Origin: Candidatus Woesebacteria bacterium
Lineage (GTDB): Bacteria > Patescibacteriota > Microgenomatia > UBA8517
NCBI GenBank assembly: GCA_963716475.1
Contig: OY970314.1
Location: 354,981 to 418,980 of the forward strand
Direction of reading: 5' to 3'
DNA: 64,000 nucleotides
A program made the position numbers and the translations under genes. The notes beneath the pieces are model-generated. The model had not been told where the DNA came from. It did no database searches and saw nothing but the letters and a program-made list of their open reading frames with translations. Shown piece by piece: positions 55,998 to 64,000 of the stretch. Position 1 is the first letter of the stretch, and the number at the start of each line of letters is the position of its first letter.

Positions 55998-58268
55998 TTA
56001 AATGTCCTTCTCCGCCTCTGCGATAACTCCACGGACTCTGTCTATAGAATCAGGGTTAATCGAAACACTGGTTATTCCCCATCTTACGAGCTTTTTGACC
56101 AGGTCTTCATACTCACTGGGTGCCTGGCCGCAGATTGAACTGGTTATTCCCGCCTCCGAACACTTTCTTATCACACGTCTTAGTGCCCATAAAACTGCAG
56201 GCGTGCGTTCACTAAACTCGCGTGCAACTTCCGAATTGTCTCTGTCGGTTCCCTCTATGAGCATTGTCAAATCATTACTTCCGATAGAAACTCCGTCAAT
56301 CCCAACTTTAATGAAATCTTCTATTTGAATAACATTAACAGGAATTTCTACCATCATCAAAAATTTAAATGATGCTTTCTCAAATAATCCTTCGCTGGCA
56401 ACCAACCTCCTGACCTTGGCCAGTTCTTCAGGTGACCTTACGAAAGGAATCATCAAATATAAATTATCAAATTTTTCGCGGACAGCTTTAATAGCCTGAA
56501 GTTCCAAGTTGAAGACTTCAGGATTAGACACATACCGATAGGCTCCCCTAAAACCGAGCATCGGGTTGGGCTCTACCGGTTCCCAATTTTTACCACCGAT
56601 AAGAGACCTGTATTCGTTTGTTTTAAAATCGGTTGCCCGGTATACTACCGGCCTGGGATAAAAGGCTTTGCAGAACGTCTCCAGATCACGCGCGAGTTTA
56701 CCAACAAACTTACCCTGCACCTTTCTTTTAATTGCCTCTTTAGGATGAATTCCTATATTTGCCATCATGAATTCCGCGCGGAGAAGTCCGACACCGTCGA
56801 CATTTCTTTTGGCAATTTCTTTTGCCCTCTCAGGCTCCGCCAGATTTACATACACTTTCGTGGCAGTTTTTGTATTTTTATATTTAGGTTTCTCAACCAA
56901 TTTGCTATTTGACAATTGAGTTTTGACATTTGCCCCCATATATATTTCTCCGGCTTCGCCGTTAACCGTAACTATTTCCCCGTCTTTCAATTTCTTAGTT
57001 GCATCATTAGTCCCAACCACACAAGGAATTCCAAGCTCTCTCGAGACTATTGCGGCATGGCTGGTCTGGCCGCCTTCGTCGGTGATGATAGCCGCCGATT
57101 TTTTCATCGCCGGCACATAATCCGGTGATGTCATCGGGGCCACCAACACATCACCTTTTGCAACTTTACCTATCTCTTTAGGGCTTTTGAGTATTTTAAC
57201 GGGACCTGTACCAATTCCCGGAGATGCGGGGCTTCCTGTCAATATCGGAGCTTCAGCGATTTTAAATCCGTTTTTATCTTCTTTCGTGATTCTTGTCGTT
57301 TTAGCAATCGCAGTAACCGGGCGGGTCTGAACTATGAAGAGTTTCCCTTTTTCCTTAGCCCATTCCGTATCCTGAGGGAAATAATAGTGGGTGTGTAACC
57401 TGAATGAAAGTTTGGCCAATTCAACAATTTCCTTATCAGAAATCTTCTGTATGTTCCGTATCTTGCCCGGTACTGCAACTTCCTTGTTTTCACCGCTTTT
57501 AGTCCGGACAAGTTGAGTACCCTGATCCGAAATTTCTTTCGAAAGAATCGCGAAAGTATCTTTTTGCACAACATAAGTGTCGGGAACCACCGATCCCTGG
57601 ACTATCATTTCGCCTAAACCCCAAACAGACTCTATAACAATTCTGTCTTTATCGTCGTTTACAGGATCAATGGAAAACATGACACCGGAAACTTCCGATT
57701 CCACCATTTTTTGCACCGCCACGGATATTTTCACCTTTTCGTGAGGAATCTTATTTTCAACCCGGTAATAAATGGAGCGGCCGGTGAAAAGCGATGCCCA
57801 ACACTCACGCACCGCCGTAAGAACATTTGCTTCACCTTTAACGTTTAAAACCGTGATTCCCATTCCCGCAAAAGAGCTTTGCGGCATATCCTCAGCTGTA
57901 GCCGAAGTGCGGACTGCCACCAGAGCTTTTTTGAAAGCACCTGAAAGTCGTTTATAAGAAGTAATTACCTCACTGATAACCTCGTCAGGAAGTTTGCCAT
58001 TCACAATCATTTTCTGAATCCTACCCGAAGCGCTATCAAGTTGTGCAGGATCGTTTACATCAACGACAGCTAAGATATCGTAAATTTTTTTAACGATATC
58101 GTTCTCTTTTAAAAAGAGGTCGTATGCATTAATTGTAATTGCAAAACCATTCGGAACCGGAAAACCTGCCTGGGTCATTTCACCTAAATTTGCACACTTT
58201 CCGCCAACCAAAGGGGTATCATTTTTATCAATATCTTTAAAGAAGGCTATTATCGGGTGGGCAGACAT
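55998..58268 (-). CDS. ppsA: phosphoenolpyruvate synthase (pyruvate, water dikinase)
   Basis: VGGKCANLGEM ATP-grasp N-terminus, phospho-His GGQTSHAAIVSRELGIPCVVG and the PEP-utilising SIGSNDLT. 756 aa. Confidence 0.75.
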   Translation of the reverse strand: MSAHPIIAFFKDIDKNDTPLVGGKCANLGEMTQAGFPVPNGFAITINAYDLFLKENDIVKKIYDILAVVDVNDPAQLDSASGRIQKMIVNGKLPDEVISEVITSYKRLSGAFKKALVAVRTSATAEDMPQSSFAGMGITVLNVKGEANVLTAVRECWASLFTGRSIYYRVENKIPHEKVKISVAVQKMVESEVSGVMFSIDPVNDDKDRIVIESVWGLGEMIVQGSVVPDTYVVQKDTFAILSKEISDQGTQLVRTKSGENKEVAVPGKIRNIQKISDKEIVELAKLSFRLHTHYYFPQDTEWAKEKGKLFIVQTRPVTAIAKTTRITKEDKNGFKIAEAPILTGSPASPGIGTGPVKILKSPKEIGKVAKGDVLVAPMTSPDYVPAMKKSAAIITDEGGQTSHAAIVSRELGIPCVVGTNDATKKLKDGEIVTVNGEAGEIYMGANVKTQLSNSKLVEKPKYKNTKTATKVYVNLAEPERAKEIAKRNVDGVGLLRAEFMMANIGIHPKEAIKRKVQGKFVGKLARDLETFCKAFYPRPVVYRATDFKTNEYRSLIGGKNWEPVEPNPMLGFRGAYRYVSNPEVFNLELQAIKAVREKFDNLYLMIPFVRSPEELAKVRRLVASEGLFEKASFKFLMMVEIPVNVIQIEDFIKVGIDGVSIGSNDLTMLIEGTDRDNSEVAREFSERTPAVLWALRRVIRKCSEAGITSSICGQAPSEYEDLVKKLVRWGITSVSINPDSIDRVRGVIAEAEKDI

Positions 58269-58283
58269 AAATACATTATATAG

Positions 58284-59300
58284 TTAATGGACGGGTTGCG
58301 AAAGCTTGTTTTTAAGTTCTATGATCCAAGGCTCTGGACCGGGGTCTGTATTTTGAAGCATTGATAAATAAAATCCTACCCACGCACAATAGTGAGGCAG
58401 TTCCAAAGCCTGTACGGATTTGGTTGAACCTTTCAAACCATAATCTTTAGATTGAAGTCCTTGTTCTTTGAAAATATTCTCCGTAACCTGATAACGGGTA
58501 AGAACCCTCGGATGATTAAATTTACTTATAAAGAATAAGTATTTAATATTTGATTTCGCAATATCGGGTTTTTGGGTTGCTTCAATTAAAACATGATTAA
58601 CCTCCGGAAAATCGTAAAATTGAGAAAAGTTTCTGGAAATTTCGCACATAGCATTTCTTCCTGCATTTAGTGCCCCTATAAAGGGACGTCCACTAAAAAG
58701 TACGGGCATAGATCCGTTTAACCATTCAGCCGTTTCCTTAGGGTTCCACGTCTTTCTTATTTCGATAAGCTCATCAAGAGTCAAACTTATTTCCTCCTCG
58801 GTCGTGTTTATTATTCCTGCTTTTGCCAGTACTCCGGCAAGAGCCCCGAGAGAAACTCCGAGACCGCTTTTGGGAAATCCGGAGGGATTTGTTTTACCGG
58901 GAGTAACAATTGCGCCGGGAAATATCTTGTTTTTGATCATTTCTCCAATTCTCCCTCCGGTTGTGACTCCCAGGATTTTAGCTCCAACGGAATTTGCGTA
59001 ATCAATTGCCGATAGCGTTTCCTCGGTATTGCCTGAATACGAATTAACAATTACTAGCGTTTCAGAATTAACCCAGGCGGGTAATCCGTAATCGTTATAA
59101 ACCTCAAAAGGAAATTTTAAGCTTTCCTCATATAAACCTTGGAGTATTTTGCCTGCATTTGACGAACCACCCATTCCGCTAACGATAACGGCTTTAGGTG
59201 AAAATTGAGGAACATCAGAAGCATGGGCTTGCTTCCAGCACTCCCTGATTTGATCCGGAAAAAGTGTCAGAGCCTTTTCAATTCCAAGAGAGTCTTTCAT
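58284..59300 (-). CDS. bifunctional phosphoglucose/phosphomannose isomerase (SIS-domain, archaeal-type)
   Basis: Two SIS-like halves, with VIVSGMGGSSNAGKIL in the first. Confidence 0.5.
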   Translation of the reverse strand: MKDSLGIEKALTLFPDQIRECWKQAHASDVPQFSPKAVIVSGMGGSSNAGKILQGLYEESLKFPFEVYNDYGLPAWVNSETLVIVNSYSGNTEETLSAIDYANSVGAKILGVTTGGRIGEMIKNKIFPGAIVTPGKTNPSGFPKSGLGVSLGALAGVLAKAGIINTTEEEISLTLDELIEIRKTWNPKETAEWLNGSMPVLFSGRPFIGALNAGRNAMCEISRNFSQFYDFPEVNHVLIEATQKPDIAKSNIKYLFFISKFNHPRVLTRYQVTENIFKEQGLQSKDYGLKGSTKSVQALELPHYCAWVGFYLSMLQNTDPGPEPWIIELKNKLSQPVH

Positions 59301-60652
59301 CTTGATCTAATTATACTTAAAACTTCGTCTCTTTTAACCTCCATTAATTCTTTCGATTTGGCCTCAAGCGTAAGACGAAGAAGAGGCTCGGTATTACTTG
59401 GCCTGACGCAAAAACGATAGTCCTGATATTCAATAGCTACCCCATCAAGTTTAGAAATCTCAGCATCAGAATATTTTAGGGCAATTTCGTTCATCTTTCC
59501 TTCTTTGTCGGTAACATCACTATTAATCTCACCCGAGATAAAATATTTATTCAAAACCGGAGTCATTACCTCAGACAGTTTTGATCCGGTTTCACTCAAA
59601 TACTCCAATATCTGCATTGGAGGAATCATTCCACAATCGGAATACCAATAATCTCGATAGTATGTATGTCCGCTAGACTCAGCCCCAAAAACAGCATTTT
59701 CACTTTTAAGAACTTCTTTAATATATGAATGTCCGACACGGGATATTACTGCTTCTCCTCCGTTATTTTTAATAGCATCCAGAAGTGCCCAAGTGTATCT
59801 GGGGTCATAAACAATCTTCTCACCCGGATGTTTTTTGAGCATTTGTTTAATTAGAACCGTGTTTAGAAAGTATGGTTCTACAAAAAGTCCTCCATCGGCA
59901 CAGAAAAAGACACGGTCGGAGTCTGCATCCCAAGTTATACCCAAATCTGCACCGCTTGTTTTAACAAGCTCTGAAAATTCAACTCTATTTTCTGGGATAA
60001 ACGGATCGGGCCTTCCTTTGGGGAAAGTCCCATCAGGTTCAAAATTCAATTTAATTAGTTCGATGGGGAGTTTACCCATCTTGAAGATTTTTTCGAATAT
60101 TTTTCCTCCCAAACCAAAATTTGGATTTAAAACAACCTTCATCGGTTTAATTTTTGATGGGTCAATCCAACTCAAAATGTACTTGCAGTAATCTTCCCAG
60201 ATATCCATGTTTCGTACACTACCTTTTTTACCGGAATCAATTTTTTGTCCGGACAAAACAAAGTCTCTGACCTGGCTAATACCGTGCTCCAATGTCATTG
60301 GGGTTGGGCCTTTTTCTACCATTTTCAACCCATGCCATTCAGGAGGGTTGTGTGATGCTGTAGATTGCAAACCACCCCCAAACTTATAATTTCCGACGCC
60401 AAAATAGAGCATGTCTGTAGACATAAACCCGACGTCAACTACATTTACTCCTGCATCGGTAAGACCCCTGATAACACTGTCTTTAATTTCTCCGGAATGA
60501 AGTCTTATATCCATGCCTATCATTACCTCTCCCTCAGGTTTTGCAAAATTTACATAACCTTGACCAATTCTGTAGGCAATATCTTCGTTTATAGAGTCCG
60601 GATAAATTCCTCTTATATCGTAAGCTTTGAAAATTGAAGGGTCGATAGTCAT
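59297..60652 (-). CDS. phosphoglucomutase/phosphomannomutase
   Basis: Active-site TASHNP and metal-binding DADSDR (TWDADSDRV). Confidence 0.8.
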   Translation of the reverse strand: MTIDPSIFKAYDIRGIYPDSINEDIAYRIGQGYVNFAKPEGEVMIGMDIRLHSGEIKDSVIRGLTDAGVNVVDVGFMSTDMLYFGVGNYKFGGGLQSTASHNPPEWHGLKMVEKGPTPMTLEHGISQVRDFVLSGQKIDSGKKGSVRNMDIWEDYCKYILSWIDPSKIKPMKVVLNPNFGLGGKIFEKIFKMGKLPIELIKLNFEPDGTFPKGRPDPFIPENRVEFSELVKTSGADLGITWDADSDRVFFCADGGLFVEPYFLNTVLIKQMLKKHPGEKIVYDPRYTWALLDAIKNNGGEAVISRVGHSYIKEVLKSENAVFGAESSGHTYYRDYWYSDCGMIPPMQILEYLSETGSKLSEVMTPVLNKYFISGEINSDVTDKEGKMNEIALKYSDAEISKLDGVAIEYQDYRFCVRPSNTEPLLRLTLEAKSKELMEVKRDEVLSIIRSR

Positions 60653-60655
60653 TGT

Positions 60656-61330
60656 TTATTCTAATTGCTTAATTATAAGTAGGTCAAGTTCGTTCGTTAA
60701 ATCCGATTTGGAAGATTTGATTTTGATATCAATTTCTGCAAGCTTCCCGATTAATAATTTCAGTTGATCGATAGTAAATTTTGAAGCTTGCCCCTTCAAC
60801 TTCCCCACTCGCCAATTTGGATAGGGGAGACTCGCCGCATCGGTTTTGACCCAGTATAAGTCTCTAAAAAGTTTTGCGATAAGTGTAAAAATAAATTCCG
60901 GAGCTTCCTTTTCAATCAATTCATGAAACTGCTTAATGCTCTTTTCCGAGTTCCCGGGATATAAATTGTCAAGAAAATTCCAGAGGATTACCGGTAATTT
61001 AAATTCCTCGATTTTAATGTCTTTCGGTAGACTTTTAAGAATAGTTTGAGAAACATAGCCTTCATGATAAATAATCAGATTACCCGGAAGTGTGCTTGAA
61101 TTTTTACTAATCCATTCCAGCTCTTTTTTCCCGAGTCTCGTTATGTCTCTGACAATAAAAAATCTTTCGGCTCCGAAAAGCGAAGGGGAACTCAATTGTT
61201 CCCGAATCGATTCGGATTTATCATCAAGATAGGCAACCTCCCAACCCCTGTCCCTGGCTGTTTCTATAAATTTAGAAAGTCTTTCGTACAACTTTCTTTC
61301 ATCATCTCCATGCAAAATTATTATTTTCAT
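60656..61330 (-). CDS. DNA polymerase III delta subunit-like protein (short)
   Basis: MKIIILHGDD...SLFGAERFFIV N-terminal pattern typical of HolA. 224 aa. Confidence 0.4.
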   Translation of the reverse strand: MKIIILHGDDERKLYERLSKFIETARDRGWEVAYLDDKSESIREQLSSPSLFGAERFFIVRDITRLGKKELEWISKNSSTLPGNLIIYHEGYVSQTILKSLPKDIKIEEFKLPVILWNFLDNLYPGNSEKSIKQFHELIEKEAPEFIFTLIAKLFRDLYWVKTDAASLPYPNWRVGKLKGQASKFTIDQLKLLIGKLAEIDIKIKSSKSDLTNELDLLIIKQLE

Positions 61331-61332
61331 TT

Positions 61333-61755
61333 TTAAGATTCACGCATATTCTCAAAATACCTTTGAATAAGTTCATCAAGTTTATTATGGAAACTACCCT
61401 TACCGCGCCTTGTGTGCGGCAAGAGTGCGCCTGAAAAATTTTTAGGTATATGGCCTATCTCGTGAAGCAGTACTTTATCCTGATCCCTCGGGGACAATTT
61501 ATCAAAATAGTGCGAGATAACTTCAATAATATAGGCAGGTTCGACATGAAGTGCGTTTTGCCAAAGAGCCGGTAGTCCCCATGTTCTTGCATAGGCACGG
61601 GATTTTGACCCGGTAGATCTATAAAAAAATAATCTCTCACCCAAAAGATAATCAAGCTGAAGATTCTCCATTAAATGAAGAACACGGGCCTTAATATCCG
61701 GCGCCTCCTGCCAATCAAACTTTAAAGACTTCCGTCCCTTCCTTAACCGCCTCAT
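61333..61755 (-). CDS. SprT-like HExxH zinc metallopeptidase-like protein
   Basis: FFYRSTGSKSRAYARTWG (SprT-like N-terminal) and LLHEIGH. Confidence 0.4.
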   Translation of the reverse strand: MRRLRKGRKSLKFDWQEAPDIKARVLHLMENLQLDYLLGERLFFYRSTGSKSRAYARTWGLPALWQNALHVEPAYIIEVISHYFDKLSPRDQDKVLLHEIGHIPKNFSGALLPHTRRGKGSFHNKLDELIQRYFENMRES

Positions 61756-61960
61756 TAGTCTTCAATCCTATCACATCCCCTTTGCCAGCGGAATCCTTCT
61801 TTTCGTGTTCGATTTGGATAGACTCGACTTTCTGTTCAAATAAATCTTCCCCTCCCCGGACAAACTTTATACTATCACCGACACTTAATGTCCCATCCAA
61901 ATCAACGATCGCCACACTTAACTTATCGTAATAATGAGAAACATGCCCAACTTTAAACAA
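61715..61960 (-). CDS. hypothetical small beta-barrel-like protein
   Basis: 81-aa ORF with no family assigned. Confidence 0.3.
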   Translation of the reverse strand: MFKVGHVSHYYDKLSVAIVDLDGTLSVGDSIKFVRGGEDLFEQKVESIQIEHEKKDSAGKGDVIGLKTNEAVKEGTEVFKV

Positions 61961-62492
61961 CTTTTTTCACCTCCTTTTTACCCTCAGGTGAGGGTGTTTT
62001 CTTTTCGGTTAACTTAAATGCATGCGTTAATGCTACGGCAAGTGCGTCAGCTGCGTTGTCAAAATGAGTTTTTTTATGTGCCTCGCTTTTAACGCGATTT
62101 CCTAATATTTTTCTAATATGTTCCTGCACTTCCTTTTTGTTTGCACGCCCGTTTCCGGTTATCATCTTCTTAATCGTACCAGGAGCGTATTCCTCAACAT
62201 GTATTTTGCCTTTACTTGCTGCAAGAAGTATTGCTCCCTGAGCCTGTCCGACAGCGATGACGGTTTTGGCATTGGTTGCAAAGAATATTTTTTCAAATAC
62301 AAAAACGTCGGGTTTATGTTTTTTAATAAGACGGAGAGTCTCCTCAAATATAAAGTCTAACCGGGTTTCTTTAAGAAGTTTTTTGTCAGTTTCAATAAGT
62401 CCCCAATCCACGACCTCATTGCCTTTCTCACTTAAATTAACCAAACCGAATCCGGTAGTAGCAGTACCTGGATCAATTCCGAGTATGAGCAT
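61953..62492 (-). CDS. ruvC: Holliday junction resolvase RuvC
   Basis: MLILGIDPGTATTGFGLV catalytic Asp motif, further acidic residues and FDNAADALAVALTH. Confidence 0.85.
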   Translation of the reverse strand: MLILGIDPGTATTGFGLVNLSEKGNEVVDWGLIETDKKLLKETRLDFIFEETLRLIKKHKPDVFVFEKIFFATNAKTVIAVGQAQGAILLAASKGKIHVEEYAPGTIKKMITGNGRANKKEVQEHIRKILGNRVKSEAHKKTHFDNAADALAVALTHAFKLTEKKTPSPEGKKEVKKVV

Positions 62493-62530
62493 AGCCTAGT
62501 CTAACACATTACTTTCTTCCTTTTTTTCCC

Positions 62531-62773
62531 TCATTTTTTGGAGATCATAAAGATATAAATGATATCAAGTATCCCCAAAGTATGGACCAGTAGTAAAATT
62601 ACAAACCAGACTTTATTGCTATCCCTGGCGGCTCTCCAAAGAGCCCATCCCATCCAAAAAAGACTCCAAAGTGAAATCGGGATCAATAAAATTCCAAGCC
62701 ATCCGGCTAAAAGTCCGGGAAACAATATGTTTGTGGGATTTGTCCCAAAGTAGTTATACATCATCATCACCAC
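62531..62773 (-). CDS. hypothetical small membrane protein (2 TM)
   Basis: Hydrophobic profile only. Confidence 0.3.
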   Translation of the reverse strand: MVMMMYNYFGTNPTNILFPGLLAGWLGILLIPISLWSLFWMGWALWRAARDSNKVWFVILLLVHTLGILDIIYIFMISKK

Positions 62774-62820
62774 CTTCTAACCTAACTTTAATCCTTGGTA
62801 AAGAATTCTACAAGTAAGAT

Positions 62821-63183
62821 TTAATCAACATATATAATCCTTGCCGATGAAATTTTACCTTTATTGATTTCCAAAGCTACAACTTCAATTCTTAATTTTT
62901 TCGGTAAGTCCGGATGCAGCAACGAATAATACTCCCCTGTTCGGCCGATTTTCCAGAGTTTTGAGGGTGTTACGGACTCTTCAGGTTTCCCAAATTTTGC
63001 ACTCCATCTGGCCTTGACTTCAACAAACACAAGGCAACCGTCCTTAATTGCAACGATATCGATTTCTCCAAACTTACTTCTGAAATTTCTGTCAACTACC
63101 TTGTAGCCATTTCTTATAAGAAGCTTAACGGCAAAATCCTCAGCGAGTTTTCCTTGTACGTTTGATGGGCCTTTTTTCTCCAC
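62821..63183 (-). CDS. YraN family (UPF0102) endonuclease-like protein
   Basis: FGEIDIVAIKDGCLVFVEVKAR motif. Confidence 0.7.
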   Translation of the reverse strand: MEKKGPSNVQGKLAEDFAVKLLIRNGYKVVDRNFRSKFGEIDIVAIKDGCLVFVEVKARWSAKFGKPEESVTPSKLWKIGRTGEYYSLLHPDLPKKLRIEVVALEINKGKISSARIIYVD

Positions 63184-63529
63184 TCTTTATTCTAACCGCG
63201 GCCTTTTTAAAAATCATCTCTACTTCTGTTGGAGCTTTTTCTCTTGTATAGTAAAGCTTGGCTCTTTTGACACCCTCTATCCCCCTTTTAACAACAACGA
63301 TTTTGTCGATAGTAGGCAAGCCAACTGGAAAAATTCTTTCAATTCCGATTCCTGCTTCACCGACTCTTCTGACAACAAATGTTTTCCCCGGGTCTCTGCC
63401 CTTAATCCCCATAACCATACCTTCAAATATGGCCTCGCGGGACTTGTCGCCCTCTTTGATCTTTTGGACAACACGCACCCTATCTCCTACTCCAAACTCA
63501 GTATCTTTAAGTGTGATTTTTAGCGCCAT
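63140..63529 (-). CDS. rplS: 50S ribosomal protein L19
   Basis: FGVGDRVRV...FEGMVMGIKG...FVVRRV...GIERIFPV...RAKLYY. Confidence 0.85.
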   Translation of the reverse strand: MALKITLKDTEFGVGDRVRVVQKIKEGDKSREAIFEGMVMGIKGRDPGKTFVVRRVGEAGIGIERIFPVGLPTIDKIVVVKRGIEGVKRAKLYYTREKAPTEVEMIFKKAAVRIKSGEKRPIKRTRKTR

Positions 63530-63575
63530 AGGTTGGTATTGTACAGAAAAACTCCATTAGCTTCAAGCCTCCAAA

Positions 63576-64000
63576 TTATGGCTCGTTATTTTCGATTATC
63601 TCGGCTATCTGCTTGGCCAAAGTTTCATTCCAAACAATTCTGAAAGGTAATTTAATCTTTTTACCTCCCTCAAATACCAAATACCCGGTTTGATCACCCA
63701 AATTTCCGGTAAGAAGAGTTTTCAACCTCTTTAGAGAGTTTAAATCGGTGTTTTTTGGAACTTTGATAAATACTTCCCTCTCCTTTTCCTGGCTCAAACT
63801 CGATAAGGTTTCGGTGGATTCAACCAGGATTGCAGGGGTTTCATCACGGGTATCAACTTTGCCTGTAATCAAAAGGGGCTGACCCTCCACCCAAAAATCT
63901 CTGGATGTCTTAAAAATCTTCGGGAATATAACCAATTCGAGGGTCCCCGTCCCGTCGTCAAACTTGGCAAAAGCCATTTCGGCTCCGGTTTTTCTGGTCG
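63576..64000 (-). CDS. dnaE: DNA polymerase III alpha subunit, C-terminal OB-fold region (partial; gene continues past the window edge)
   Basis: DGTGTLELVIFPKIF...GQPLLITGKV pattern typical of the DnaE C-terminus. Reading frame stays open upstream of the annotated Met to position 64000. Confidence 0.45.
   Translation of the reverse strand, partial: TRKTGAEMAFAKFDDGTGTLELVIFPKIFKTSRDFWVEGQPLLITGKVDTRDETPAILVESTETLSSLSQEKEREVFIKVPKNTDLNSLKRLKTLLTGNLGDQTGYLVFEGGKKIKLPFRIVWNETLAKQIAEIIENNEP

Noticed and set aside
63140-63183. 44-nt overlap between rplS and the YraN-family gene
   Set aside because: Probably a start-site issue. YraN may start at an internal GTG/ATG. Not treated as a programmed overlap.
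1-64000. CRISPR arrays, rRNA genes, tmRNA/RNase P
   Set aside because: No regularly spaced direct repeats with unique spacers, no rRNA-like conserved blocks and no recognisable tmRNA tag-coding region were found on reading both strands. Structured ncRNAs cannot be excluded without covariance models.

Overview
This is a 64 kb chromosomal segment from a low-GC, small-genome bacterium. The proteins look like Candidate Phyla Radiation / Patescibacteria. That lineage call is an inference from shortened Tig and UvrC, many secreted hydrolases, C39-like peptidases, zinc-ribbon membrane proteins and the absence of biosynthetic operons.

Content by coordinate:
- 1-19 kb is core and accessory chromosome. 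It holds a partial DegV, trigger factor, an RRM RNA-binding protein, a secreted alpha/beta hydrolase and a DinB-like Y-family polymerase. A cell-wall/glycan attack set follows: a discoidin + GH43-like protein, two tandem GH73-like muramidase paralogs, a GH5-like hydrolase, an ArsR regulator, an rRNA-type methyltransferase, a DRG-type GTPase and CTP synthase. The first eleven of the window's fourteen tRNA genes are here, including a five-gene array.
- 19.1-35.9 kb is best read as an integrated mobile element of about 16.8 kb. It is bounded by tRNA-Leu(TAA) and a direct repeat of that tRNA's 3' end. A large serine recombinase sits at the tRNA end. The cargo is a split primase (CHC2 zinc finger) plus a P-loop primase-helicase NTPase, a region-2-only sigma-like protein, three paralogous N-terminal zinc-ribbon membrane proteins (one fused to an S1 protease), Cys-rich secreted proteins, and a complete DnaK-like Hsp70 fused to an ImmA/IrrE-type HExxH peptidase. 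No capsid or terminase gene is recognisable. A 17-20 nt motif (AGTGAGTTGG...) recurs in four consecutive intergenic regions of the element.
- 36-64 kb returns to core genes. These are LmbE, two C39-like peptidase paralogs, LytR_C, DsbA-like, an oligopeptide substrate-binding protein, SecG and the SOS/NER cluster uvrC-uvrA-uvrB with a divergent lexA. Then come gpmI-eno-ppsA-pgi/pmi-pgm, HolA-like, RuvC, YraN, L19 and the 3' end of dnaE.

A nearly identical promoter-like module (GTAAGCGAAGCTTGGCCATT, about 17 nt, TGGTAAAATAC) precedes the tRNA-Arg array and tRNA-Pro. Longer composite copies of it sit next to tRNA-Phe and between ppsA and eno. The ppsA-eno copy is flanked by a 16-nt duplication of the eno start region, which looks like a MITE-type insertion. 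Several tRNAs (Lys, Gly-TCC, Leu-TAA) are followed by duplicated copies of their own 3' ends, suggesting repeated use of tRNA attachment sites. No CRISPR array or rRNA was seen.
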